Of a stretch of 64,000 nt of DNA, positions 38,571-51,079 are shown piece after piece. The DNA is taken from assembly GCF_009914755.1 (NCBI RefSeq), contig NC_060942.1. One strand, given 5' to 3'. How positions within the stretch are numbered: the stretch's first letter is position 1; each line of letters begins with the position of its first letter. Below the pieces are notes generated by a model that worked only from the letters and a program-made list of their open reading frames with translations, was not told where the DNA came from and made no database searches. A program made the position numbers and the translations under genes. This stretch comes from the human T2T-CHM13v2.0 reference genome, Homo sapiens.

Positions 38571-41199
38571 TCAAATGTAATAATTGAGATATAACTGTAT
38601 TTCAGGCCTGTCCTCAAAAGAACTTTAACAATGAATTCTCCTTGATCTTCCTTGCAACAGCGTAATAAAGCATACTTCCCAGGGCTTGTCATGGCTCTGA
38701 CATCTCCTGCCTACTTTTTTCTCATCCTTTGTTATGTCTTGTCAGCATACTACTCTCACTCACTATCTGTGCCAAGTTAGAGTACCTAGCACACAGGAAA
38801 TAGTGAATTCTACAGGAAAACTCTATATAGTCGGTTTTTCTTTTCCTAGTCTGGTGTCTAGCCTCAGTTTTTATGGATGTATTTTGAATTTGTTTCTCTT
38901 TGTCTTACTTCTAAAATTGGAAAAGCTCTGTATCTGCTTTACCATAAATCTTCAGAAAATTAAAGGCATAATGATGCTGTTCTCCCCCTGTTTTGGTAAG
39001 GAATGGAAATAATCATTCACATTACCCACAGCAACAGGCCTCTGAGCCCCCAAAGGTCTGGACTCTGTCCGGATGTGGCCAGGGAGGAAGGATCCTCTGG
39101 GAAATGGAACATTGCAAGACGTGAACATTTATTGCACCTCTCGTAAATTCCATGAGGGTCTTCATCATGGGTGTGGAATAGTGGATGGCCTTCCCCAAGA
39201 AAGGATTTGCATGGTTCAGTAAGTAGGGCTAGCAGAGTCCAGCTTTCTCTCTGCTTTCCATTTCAAAGGAAAGGGAGCCTTTGACTTAAGGAAGCAACCC
39301 ATAAGTGCCCCCAAAACAAAAAGTATGTCTCAGACTATTCTTATGCCTTCCACATGAAGATATAATAGGTTTTGAGAAGTGTATATGCTCATTTCTGATT
39401 TGCTTGAGTCTACAAGTAACACCAAAAACTTTGCTACCTGTCCAAAATTTTTCAATGTCTAATCCCAGACAAGATTCTTCAATTTCTTTTAGAGATCTTC
39501 AGTGTATTATTTTCTTTCTTTTCTTTCTTCACCTTGAGTTTCCAGACCTCTTCAAATTGCTCATGCCCTGTACTCTGTACCCTTCTCACTGCTGAGCTGA
39601 ATGCAATTGGCTGCCCACACCTGCCCGTGCCTGTCTCCACAGAGTGTTCATGCCTACCTGGATATCAACACTAAGATAGGTAGAACAGCAGGAAAGGGAA
39701 GGCCCAAGGGATACATGCCTATAGTCTACATTTGTGTTCTCACCAGGAATACAATGACCAGCCATCTCTGCCCACAGCCAGGTACATCAGTGCTCTTTCT
39801 TCCAAACAAGCACACATTGAGATTACCCCCACAGCCCACATAACCAGAGCAGAGCTCCCCTTACATGCCTGAAAACTCATGCCCACTGCCACCTTCCCCC
39901 TCCCCTGGGGGCCTGCATGGGCTTTCATTAGAGGCACCAAGCATCTTGGATTGCCAGGAACAGTCCCAATTAATGTCTGGTGCCCTGTCCAGAGAAACAT
40001 TTGTCCCAGTCAAAAGCAATTTTTCTAATAGTAAATTATGTGCTCTCTCTAATTTAATGCTTAATTTTTAAAAAGCAGCATGAGTCAGAATGCTTCTGGT
40101 TATAACCAAAGTTCTTTTCTTCTTCCCAGTTTTTAAAATATATATATATATATTAAGACTCACTAAGAAAATGAAGCAGACAAAGAGACCTGAAGTCCAG
40201 GTACACAAAAGACCTGGGGCAGATGATTGATAAAGTTTAAAAAGTAAGCACTGGCAGGGTTGTCAGACAGGCTAAGAGAAGTTTTGTGTGAGGCTTGAGG
40301 GAGGAACCAATCCCCAAAATTAGGAGGAGGCAGGATTCCAGGCTCAGGGGAGATGTTTTGGGATAATGCAATCCCCAGGCCAGGTTTTGGAGGACAGGCA
40401 TTTTATGTGTCTCTCTCCCCTCTCTCCTCCCTCTTTGTGCCTGCATATTCTGGCCAATAATGCACCAGTGATTTTTCTCTGTTATTTCATTTATGGCAAT
40501 GACTTCAGGTCTTGTGTCTGGTCATAATGGTGATCTATGTATGCCATCTACACTGGGCATGGCTAATGAATCCTATTTTATTTCTTAATTAAGAATTTGA
40601 AAGTGCCGCAAATTACTGCAATTAATATGGATTTTCTTCCTCATTTATTTACTTATTTAGATGCCTGAAATTGCACCCTTAGCTTAAACCAACCGCAGAG
40701 TTCAGAGCTTGTTAAAATATATAGCATTCATTAAAATATTTACTCTTCCCCAACAGTAAGGGTTGCAATTTGGAAATGGTGGTGGTATCTATGTATACAA
40801 AATGCTTCCAAAAAATCTATTGAATTCAGTTTATCCAGCTTAGTAATTTAAAAAGTTGAATTTATTGACAATCCTTTGTGCAACTGAAAAAAAACAGGAT
40901 TTTCAAACTAGCCTATTGTTATGTTGACTTCAACCAGAGAAATTGTTGTTTTCCCTTTCAAAGTTCGTGAAGACTATGAGTATCACCACATTTTCAGGAC
41001 TTCTGTGTCCATTGAAAGATAAGAATAACAATTTGAGGGTGGTTGAATTTATCAGACTTATTTCAAAACAATGGTACTTTGAAAATTGTTTAGCTTCAAA
41101 TTTATCTCATAGTTTTCAAGATTCTACCTTAGTTTTCTTTCCTGGGTTCTTGTTTGGGGCTTTTCTTGTTTGGGGCTTTGGTTTCGGTTTCTAACTGGT

Positions 41200-42360
41200 T
41201 TTCATGGAGACAACTCAAGATAAAGTAGTTGAAATTAACCTGAACTACAGCCAGCAGGACTGTAAATGAATACAATCCTAACAGAAAGTGATTGGGGAAT
41301 AACATACCAAAAGCTTTAAAAAAATGCATACCCATTGAAAGCCAGCTATTTTACTTCAAGGAATTTATCCTTAGGAAAGAAGAACGTGTACCAATGTTTA
41401 AGTACAATAATATTCATTGCAGCCCTGTTTATAATAGCAAAACAAAATAACCAAAATGTGCAGCAACAAAAGATTGAGTAAATTATGGTACAGACATATT
41501 AACATATGAAGCAGCTATTAAAAATTATGTGATTTGTATCAGTTATCTATGGCTGTTTTACACCAAAACTTAGTAGCTTAGAACAACAAATTTATTATCT
41601 CACAGTTTCTGAGGGTCTGGAATCTGGGCTTGGCTTAACTCCATCCTCTGACTCAGATCTCTCACAAGGCTACAATGAAGGTATTTGATGGAGCTACAAT
41701 CACCTCAAGGCTTAACATGGAGAGGATTCACTCTCAAGTTCACTCAAGTGATTGTTGGCAGGATTCAGCTCCTCCTGGGCTGGTCTCCCTTAGCTCCTTG
41801 ACACACGGGCATTTCTGTAGGGCAGACAGTTGATGACATGGCAGTTGGCTCCATGGCAGAAAGCAAGCCAGAGAATAAGAGAGCATGAGCAAGAAGATAG
41901 AGTCTTCTTGTAACCTAATCTTGGAAATGATATCCCAACACTGTGATATTCAATTGGTTGGATGTAAGTCAGAAGTTCAGCCCACACTCAAATGGAGTGA
42001 TCACACAGTTATACAATGGTGAGAACACAAGGGGGTGGGGATCAAAGGGAATCATCTTAGAATGTGTCCACCACAGAGTTGAAGTTTATTTACTGGCAAA
42101 GGATATTCATTAATATCTTATTCAATGAAAGAAAAGGTCACAAAACAGCAAGGACAATAGGATCCCTGTTTTGTAAACTAAGACCGATAGAAAATATATT
42201 TGCATGTATACATAAATATTCATGAAACACTCTTTAAGTGTTCCTGGGTTAACAGTAGTTGTATCTAGATGGTGGAATAACAGATGAGTTTTATGTCCTG
42301 TTTCCTTATTTTTTTCTTTTTTTTCTGTAAAAGGAACATGTATTGTTTATAATTTTTAAA
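41200..42360 (+). mobile_element. Old L1 (L1M-type) 3' region split by an MLT1F LTR
   Basis: GGAATTTATCCTTAGGAAA...TTCATTGCAGCCCTGTTTATAATAGCAAAA...GTAAATTATGGTAC, resuming after 42075. Confidence 0.65.
41535..42075 (-). mobile_element. MLT1F-like solo LTR
   Basis: 541 bp, TGTATCAGTTATCTAT...CCACCACA, with CAAAACTTAGTAGCTTAGAACAACAAATTTATTATCTCACAGTTTCTG. Confidence 0.8.
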
Positions 42361-42439
42361 AGAGTAAATATTATTACCTTTTCAAGAAGCGATTTAAACC
42401 CTCAAGGCTTCTTTATTCTGACCTCCATTCTCTTTACAG

Positions 42440-42529
42440 GATTGTTTCTTGCTTACTACTTGTGGTCAACTAAGTAGAGATTCATAAGACCTTTATAGAA
42501 CCACTGACAACACTGTGACCAAGGAAACT
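42440..42529 (+). ncRNA. Candidate non-coding internal exon (90 nt; alternative donor at 42663)
   Basis: Branch-point CTGAC (A at 42421), pyrimidine tract, TACAG|G acceptor; donors ACT|GTGAGT (42529) and GAG|GTGAGT (42663). Stops in all three frames. No transcript evidence available. Confidence 0.4.
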
Positions 42530-43199
42530 GTGAGTATGTTCTAGAACTTGCTTCTGTGTTTGTGTCTTCAAAACAGCTGCTATCACCAATAATTAAACCA
42601 TAAAAAACCGAAATTATTTTTCCCTCTGGGGTGATTACAACCACACGGGAGCTGTGATGAGAGGTGAGTCCTGTGAAGATCTCCTCCTTGAGTCTTCCCC
42701 ACTCCATTCTGGTTGCTTCCAGACAAGTGGTAACAATAATCACATGCTCATCTCCTCTGAAAAATTTAAAAGGGATAGGTTCTATTTATATGTCAAAAAT
42801 AGATGAACAGATCTGACACTGCTGAACATAATTGCAAATTTGAAAAAAGGAGAGGGAATGGGTGAGAGAAAAGATAAAGCCATTAATAGCCTCCATACTT
42901 CATTAGTTTTCCTTCCTCATGCCACCAGGGAGGCCTGAGTTGGGGTGCCACTGATTTGGGGTTGGAATGATTTCCTAGCAATATAAAGTTTATCTTAAGG
43001 TCACTTGCTGATAAAAACTACTGTTTTGCCAGGCATCGATTTATTGGTTGTTTGACAAGCAGACCAGCTGTTCTATACTTATATTAAGCACAAAGAAAGC
43101 TGCTCAAGATGGATGCGCTGGCATCAGTGGGGGAGGAGGGTAATAGCCTCAAAGATGGCAGAGGATTAGGATTAGGTCTGAAATACTGGTGGATCTCTT

Positions 43200-43620
43200 T
43201 TCATTGGGATCTATAATAGAATAGCTGTTGTAACAGATAACATTCAAACTTTGATGGCTTAATAAAATGGATCACATTTCACTCATATAATAGCCAAAAG
43301 AGTTTTTGTCCAAATAATGGTTCAGAAACCCACCTGCCAATTGTCTGTGTTTTCTCCATCTTCTAGGGACTCTGAGTTGTATGTTAGGTCCTCTGTATCT
43401 AGCTGGGTTGATTGGGAAGGAGAAAATGAAGATGACACCCCCACTTCCTACCCAACTTGGCCTAAAATTGGCACACATCACTTTCATTCATACCTCACTG
43501 GTGAAAACTAATCATATGGGCCTCTCCTTGATGAAAGAGGCCTTGAGGTAGTCTCTGGCTAGTAGTTACTTCCCCACAATTCCACCATGCAGAAGGGTAG
43601 CACACACTGTGAGTGCTGTC
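43200..43620 (-). mobile_element. MLT1J-like LTR
   Basis: GCTGTTGTAACAGATAAC...GATGGCTTAATAAAA...TGGCACACATCACTTTCATTCATACCTCACTGGTGAAAACTAATCATATGG. Confidence 0.6.
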
Positions 43621-44229
43621 AGGAAAGATCATAGCATTAGAACCTTCTTGCTGAGGAAACTTTTACTGGCATTCATATATATCTCACAGAGCAGGGATTA
43701 GTTAACTTATCAATGACTCTTTGAATGGTCAATTGTTCTTCCCTATATGGAGGAACTTCTAATGCCAGCTATATCCCCTTCTCATGGTTAAGGCAATAAG
43801 CCACTGGCAACAAGGTCCTAAAGATTCTAGGTTTCAAGGTTGTTCTCCACTGGAAGTGGTAGGTGTGCCTGCCAGTGCTGGAAGTCAGCAGAACTCACTG
43901 GGGTTTCAAGATACTAGCTTTCAAACTAACTCACTGTCTCTCTCTCTCTCTCTGCTTTAGCTTTTTGTTTGTTGACTGGTTGGTTGGTTTTTCTTTTTTT
44001 GAGTGTGCGTGTGTGTAATGACAGTAATAAGATATACCTCTTAGGGTTGTAAAGTCCCAAGGAGATAATTCAAGAAAGAGCACAATACACATTATCTCAA
44101 CACATGGGTGGCTTTTCCAGCAAGTAGCCACATATATAAATAATTCCAGAAGTACCTTACCAACACTACCACAATTGCTGTTTCTTGTAATATCATTGTT
44201 ATTAATAGGCTGCTATTATAATGATTAGC

Positions 44230-44480
44230 ACTACTGCCAAAGATAAAATCATAACATCTCTTGTGTAGTGCTTTAGCATTTATTTATTTGATTCTCATGA
44301 CAACCTTGTATAGTGAAAAGAAGATTCGCTATGATCATATCTATTTTATAGATGAAAGAACTGACCCTCAAGGAGACCAAGGGATAATGACCATGATGAT
44401 CACATGATAGCCCAGTCAAACTGGCCACTTGGTTCTCAAACCCTGGCCTTTTAAGTCAAAATTGTATTACTACACTAAAT
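44230..44480 (-). mobile_element. MIR
   Basis: ATTTGATTCTCATGACAACCTTGT...TATTTTATAGATGAAAGAACTGA. Confidence 0.65.
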
Positions 44481-45084
44481 GTAAAATGGCATCTTACCAA
44501 AATAAATGGAATCTTTGAAGAGACTTAGTCTCAATTCCTCATTGTTCAAATGAGTTGGGATATCTAGGAAAATTATTCTTTTTTATTCCACTACATGCTA
44601 CTGACCTCAGGTCATCTTACTTTTTTCAAGGCTGGTCAGCCTAATTGCACCTGGGTTGGTGAGGAGGAGCAAATAGTATTAATGTTGGTGATTTCAGTTT
44701 ATAGAGGCCATAATGTAGAGGGTTCTTGGAAATTTCTCCAAGGAATGTGAGTGGGGCCCCAAGAGGGAAGAAAATGGGTGCCCTCCAGTTTGGTATGTTT
44801 GGAAACAACACTGTGTGGCCAGCATCACAAACCCTAGTAGGCAGGTGACAGTCTGAAATCCACTTCTTGGTTTCTTATAGTTTTTTCTTCCCTTCAACTC
44901 TTTGGTCTTTTCCTAGCTAACTTTAGTGAATAATTTTCCAGTGACTTTTTTTTTTGTTACTGAGTGCAAAAAGAACTGTTACAGTGGCTCTAGGTTTGCA
45001 GTGTAAAGTCTTTGGAGACTGTGTTTGACCCTGTGTTGGGTGACTCCAACTGCCAGGAGCAATGAGCTATAGTCAACCTAGACC

Positions 45085-45330
45085 TCAACACGGAGACCAG
45101 CCCCCGGCCCCAGACCTGCTGTTGGCTGCTGTGATGACACAAGTTTAATTTAGACTCCAAGGAAGCCATGTTTTTCTCATCTGTCAAATCAAGTGGATGA
45201 TGTTCACCCTCTCTACTTCCCCTACTTTCTTAGGGAAATACTGAGAACTTGAGGCTCAAATCAGTGAGTAGACAGAAAGTGCTTTGAAAAGCATACCATC
45301 TAGATAAGTGTGGAAGAAAGTCATCATTAG
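45085..45330 (+). mobile_element. MIR
   Basis: GGCTGCTGTGATGACACAAGTT...TTTTCTCATCTGTCAAAT...GAAAGTGCTTTGAAAA. Confidence 0.55.
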
Positions 45331-46199
45331 AATTCTGCTACTGCCATTATTGTTTTGGGGTCAGCTCAGCTTTTCTTAACACAGAGCAGTTAATGGCAAC
45401 TGTATTAGATACCCACTGGGAGGGCAAAGGAGCCAGACAAGGGTCTCCTTTTATCCCATTTTAGCATCCTGTTTTCCTTTCACAACAGCTGTGTCTTGCG
45501 GGTTTATAAGTATTTTAATTACAGTGGCATTTTATTATACATTCTCCTGACAAAATTCAGGCTAGGGACTTTTTTTTTTTTAATCTGAAAAGTGGTGGAT
45601 TTTCCTAGAGGCTGAGTTAACTTTAACCAGCAGTCAGAACACTGCTACCTTTGATCCCACTTAAAAGCATGGTAACTACCATTTTTCACAAATTATTTTC
45701 AGCATAACCAAAAAATAAAAATGTATTTGCAGGTCCACTAGCAAAAAGCAAAATGACAAAATCTATTAGCCATCTAGCTTTGTTTAATAAATTGGTCACC
45801 AGCTGAGAAGCATTTTTCCCATGGCCATAAGGAGTTACAGAATAGAAAATTTAGAAATCAACATAAAGACAGACCAGAAGAGTTAGACAAAGAAAAAGAG
45901 TATCTCACTCCTCATCCTGTTGTATGGCCATTCTGTTGCTTCCTGCAGCATCTCAAATAGGTTTTCCCAGAATAATCATCAAAAAGACAAGTAAACTCTG
46001 CCTTGCTAGAATAAAAAGATAAATGTTGCAAAGTAGGTAATCCATATAGTTAGAATGAAAAAATGTCAGGTTGAAAAAGGCTTTGGAGCATGTAGTCTAA
46101 AATTGTCGTTTTACAGGTGAGAAAATTAAGGCTCAGACCAGTGAAGGGCATGTCCAAGATCATGCAAAAGAGCAAGTATTAAGATGACTCCTAAGGGAC

Positions 46200-46714
46200 T
46201 GTATCAGTTTCCCATTGCTGCTATAATTAATTATTGCAAACTTTAGTGGCTTAAAGCAACACAAATTCATTGTTTTACATACAGTTCTGTAGGTCAGAGG
46301 TCTGACAAGGGTCACACTGGACTAAAATCAAGGTACCAGCAGTGCTGGGCTCCTTTCTGGAGACTCTGAAAAGAATCTATTTCCTTGCCCTTTCCAGCTT
46401 CTAGAGGTTGCCTGCATTCCTTGGCTGATGGCTCCTTCCTCCATCTTCAAAGGCAGCAACATTGCATCTCCCTGACCATTCTTCTGTAGTCCATCTCTGG
46501 CCACAGCCAAGAAAGGTTTTCCACTTTTAAGGGCTCATATGATTAGGCTGGATCCACCTGAATGATGCAGAATAATCTCCCTATCTTGAGTTCAATGACT
46601 TTTAATTACATCCGCAAAGTCCCTCTTGACATATAAGGCAACACATTCGCAAGTTCCTGGGGATTAGGGCACAGGCATCTTTGAGTAGAGATGGGCATTA
46701 TTCTGCCTACCATG
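46200..46714 (-). mobile_element. MLT1D-like solo LTR
   Basis: 515 bp, TGTATCAGTTTCCCATTGCTGCT...ATTATTCTGCCTACCA. TSD GGGAC/GGGAG. Preceded by a MIR fragment at 46020-46180. Confidence 0.85.
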
Positions 46715-46778
46715 GGGAGGAAAGATGGTGAGTCAGTAGAGAGTTGGTTGGTTGAGCAAGGAAATAGTTGTGGATACC

Positions 46779-47190
46779 TGTTGCAGGTTGGGGTCCCCAA
46801 GCATCAAACTCTGAGATGAAGGTGTGTGTGTTGGAAGTAAGAGGGCTTTCGGGATCAGCCACTGCAGAGGAGTGGAATTAAAAGAGGCAGAATAGGCAGA
46901 GGGAGGAGCTGGACTTTGGGCTCATCACAAGGTCCAGCTGACCCCTTGGGGATACCTAAAATGGGATGGCCTCTCAGAGTTATCAAGAGGGGCTGAGACT
47001 TTAAACTCTTTCTCTGATTGCTATGACCACATCAAGCAGTCACAGGATACGGGCTGCCCTGTGTATGTGTGTTGGGGAGAATTGCTGGTGTAACTAAGTC
47101 AGCTTTCTTCTCCGAGGTCAACTCCCAATAGCTAGGGTAATATGTCCTTCATTCATGAAAGATGATTTAAGCAAATAATCACAGCTACTT
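46779..47190 (-). mobile_element. LTR33/LTR41-like ERVL LTR
   Basis: TGTTGCAGGTTGGGGTCCCCAAG...ACTCTGAGATG...GGCAGAGGGAGGAGCTG...GGATACGGGCTGCCC. Confidence 0.5.
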
Positions 47191-48459
47191 CTAGAATACC
47201 TGTACCTAAGCTTCACTTTTACATGTGAAAAAAATAAAAGGTCAGCTGTGGTCTGGAATTAAACCTGATTACAAAGTGGTCCTAGACTCAGAACTTAGGA
47301 ATCAGAAGGAAAATAGTCATGTGTTTCATCTATAGTGTAAGGAGAAATGAGGTATGGCCTTGAAGGAGAGTGGACTCTTTGAGGATGTATGAACATGAGA
47401 GCAAGAGCAGGCAGGGATAACGTGAGCATGGCAGAATGATGAGATTGGGTTGGATATGGTGTGGACCCCAGAGGAAAAAAACAAGCAGATTGTAAGTTCT
47501 GGGGACTAAGATCCAAACCAACATCCAAATCCAGGGTTCTGCCCAAACAACAGCAAAGAAGTGGCATTGGCAGAGGCTGAGGGCAGGGCAGGGCAGGACA
47601 GGTAGTCCTGATATTGGCTTAGAAGGATTCCAGCAACTTTCAGCAGGTACTCGTGGTCAAAAGAGTAGAGTTCATGGTCAGCCATGGAAGTGGCTAAAGA
47701 ACAGGTCAGAAATCTTATTTCAACAGAACTGAGGAAAGGGTAAGAACTTAGTGGGGAAAAGGGCATTCTGTGTTACAGTAAGCAGGTGGACTACAGCTTT
47801 GGGTCATCTGGCCCATGAATGTCATTGGCTCAAGCCCAAGTCTGATCCTGGTGCAGGAAATGAAGATGCTCTGGTCACCTGAGTAGCAAGGGTTAAAAAC
47901 ATTTAAGGGGCTGGGAAGGCAAAACCATCTGCTCACTCCAGGGGAAGTGCTCTCACATTACATCAGGGCTGACCTCAATGTTCAATCTAACTGAATGGTA
48001 TCCACACTCAGCAAGGAAGGTACAAAGACTGATTTGTTCCCACCCTTTAGTCCCCACGTTCTCACTCCCTCGGGTCAGTGGTGAGCCAGCACTGCATAAG
48101 GATAGTTCTTCCTGTTTGTCCAGATGGACAAGACGAACTCCCCAGCTACCTCCACTTTTCCACACATCCAGGCTGCAAAGCCTAAAGGACATATTATTTT
48201 TGAAAAAGATTTCCTGCATCTTCTAGAAGACTGTGAAGACATTGCACTGGGCCAACCATACTTGTAGACAAAAATGGTTTTGATTATCCTACATGGTTCG
48301 ATTCAAGTGGTGAGAAACATCATTGCCTTTCTGTAAGTCCTTTCTGCATGCATATGTCAGCAAGAACATTCATAATAATGGCTCATGATTCTTATAGGGC
48401 TTCACATTTTATGTAACAGTTAACCTATACTAAATCTCTTGAATTTCACAATGCTACTT

Positions 48460-48734
48460 ATAATCCCAGCACTTTGAGAGGCTGAGGCCAGCAGATCATT
48501 TGAGGTGAGGAGTTCAAGACCAGCCTGGCCAACATAGGGAAAACCTGTCTCTACTAAAAATACAAAAACTATCTAGGTGTGGTGGTGTGCTCCTGTGGTC
48601 TCAGCTACTTGGGAGGCCGAGGCATGAGAATTGCTTGAATCCAGGAGACAGACATTGCAGTGAGCCGAGATCGTACCACTGCACTCCCGCCTGGTCAACA
48701 GAGCAAGACTCTGTCTCAAAAACAAAAACAAAAA
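48460..48734 (+). mobile_element. AluS (Sx/Sz-like), 5'-truncated by about 24 nt, inserted in a MIR
   Basis: Begins at ATAATCCCAGC, has an (AAAAAC)n tail. 13-bp TSD CACAAT(G/A)CTACTT at 48447-48459 and 48735-48747. Confidence 0.93.
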
Positions 48735-49059
48735 CACAATACTACTTGGGGGAGAGAATTTTTAATATTCTTCTTAAAGGTGAAGAAATTGAGATTCAAA
48801 GAGTTTAAGTGCCTTACATTAAGTCACAAAGAGAGAATCCAAAATGGGACCCAGGGCATATAAATCCCAGCTGTCCCCAGCCCATCAACATAATAATTCT
48901 ACCCTGAACAGAAGACCTTCGCATCTCACTGGAAGATGCAAAACACTGGAAGTTTGACAGAAAGGAGTGTCACAAAGTGTAGAAAAAACTGGGGGAGAAA
49001 TAATCTGAATTTCACATTTTGTCTCAGATCACATAGAGATTATTGTTTTTAACTCTTTA

Positions 49060-49250
49060 ACTTGGTGTTTTGAACTGTTCAAAGCATCTCTCATCTTTAT
49101 CTCATTTCATCAGCTCAGCAATCCTGTGATATAGGCAAAGCAGACCTGACAGGTGAGGAAACTGAAACCCAGAGAGATTAGGGGACTTGCACAAGAATAG
49201 ACGGGCATTTGGTGGCAGATTCAAGGCTGGAAACTAGATCTTTGAGGGCA
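49060..49250 (-). mobile_element. MIR
   Basis: ACAGGTGAGGAAACTGAAACCCAGAGAGATTAGGGGACTTGCACAAG. Confidence 0.75.
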
Positions 49251-49319
49251 GTAGCCTTCAGAATAGGAATGAGATGGGAGAGAAGTATGTGTCGAATGAG
49301 GTAGGAGGGAAGCATTTTA

Positions 49320-50830
49320 TTAAAAGATTAATCAAAATTCATTTGAAAGCCAAAGGGCCAAGAACAGTCCAAAGAAATTTGAAAAAGACTGACTATGAAG
49401 AAGATGAATTTACACTGTAGACATCAAAGCACAGGAAAAAAATTGTGCAAGAGAAGTATAGGGATAGAGAGACCAGTGGAATAAACTAGAAAGTCTAGAA
49501 AGAGACCCAGGCATTTTGGAAAACTGGTACATGATGGGGTGATTACAACTAAGTGGGGAAGGAATAGACTGTTTGATACATAGTGTCACAGAAATTGGCT
49601 CTTCATATTGGAAAATTAACATTAGAGCTCAATTTCATATGCAAAATAACACAAAATATTGCAAATAAATTCCAGATGGATTAAAAGTTAAAGTAAAAAA
49701 TTATCTTTTAAACTATTCAAAGAATATTCAGGAAGATAGTTTAATAATATCTGATTAAGAAAAAATTTTAAGAACACAAAAGTAATGAAAAAGATCAATA
49801 AATTTGACTATGTTAAAATTTAAGACCAAGTTTATAGTCTTGTAGGAACAAAGTCACCATAAACAAAGCTAAAAGACAGGTGAGAGATTTGGAGGAGAAG
49901 TTTGCAATGCATGTGACCTAAAAAGGGTTAATCTCCAAAAATGTGTGTATATGGGATAGGGAGTCAGATGGGGACAACAATAAGTAAAAGACAAACAGCC
50001 CAACAGAAAAACAAAATATTAAAGCAGGCAGTTCACAGAAATGGAAATCAAAATGGCCTATAAAAATATGAAAAGATGGCCTACCTCACTGATAATCAGG
50101 GAAATGCCCATTAAAAAGCAAATAGATAGCATTTCACACCTATTCAACTGTCAAAAATTGAAAGGTTCAGCAATGCCAAGTTTTTATGGGAAATGGGCAC
50201 TGCCATCCTAGAGGAAGTCCAAATTGTTTTTATCTCTTTAGAGGGCAATTTAGAAATACCTTGTAAAAGTAAGGATATACATACCCTATGACAACTAGTT
50301 TTATGTCTAAATATAATCCCTAGAAAAACTCTTACTCCGGTGTGTAATAGGACAGGTAAGAGGATGTTTATTATTGCATTATTTACAATATTGAAAATTG
50401 GAAAACAATTTAAATGTTCATCAATAGAGCAATGGGAAAACACTGTACAGGCACAGCAGTGAGTTCCCGTGAGCTAGATGCAGGCATCAAGAAGGATGAT
50501 CTTGAAAAAATCCAAGGTCTGTGTAAAAAATCAAACCACATTAATATACCATTTACACACATATTTAAAACATATAAAACAATGTTATCAATCACGTATG
50601 GATTCAGACATATGCATAATAGAAGCATAAAAACACAGAATGCATGCAAGTTCAAGAGAATGCCTTTTTGGAAGAAGGAGTAGAATAGGCTCACAGAAAG
50701 GATAAAAAGGGTGCGATAGTACCTATAGTGTTTTATTTCTTTAATTACAAATAAAAGTAAAAATAAATCAGAGAAATATTAGCATAATAATATTCTGGGC
50801 AGTGGATATTGAGTGTTTAATATAGTAAAC
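49320..50830 (+). mobile_element. Old L1 (L1M-type) ORF2 3' end and 3'UTR
   Basis: A-rich degenerate L1: GACCAGTGGAATAAACTAGAAAGTCTAGAA, AATAAATTCCAGATGGATTAAA, CCTCACTGATAATCAGGGAAATGC, AAATGTTCATCAATAG. Confidence 0.75.
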
Positions 50831-51079
50831 AATTCAGAAAAGGGAAAAGGAAAAAGCTCCTCACCAGCAGCCTCACCTTCCTCTGGTGGAAATGAGAAGG
50901 CAGTGGGGAGCAGGAGGCTACAGGAGAGCAGAGCTGACAGCTTTGAAAATTACTTGGCTGTGGATGTCTGCTCATGCACACACACACACCAAGATAGTTC
51001 TGCACATGATAGTAGTGGGGTCATTTGTGGAAAGAGCACTGCTGAGCAAGGTCACCAAGGACCACTGGGGTCCCAGCCA

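Noticed and set aside
42530-42576. Mini-intron between donor 42529 and acceptor AAACAG| at 42576
   Set aside because: 47 nt is below the usual minimum for human introns. The sites are better read as alternative splice sites.
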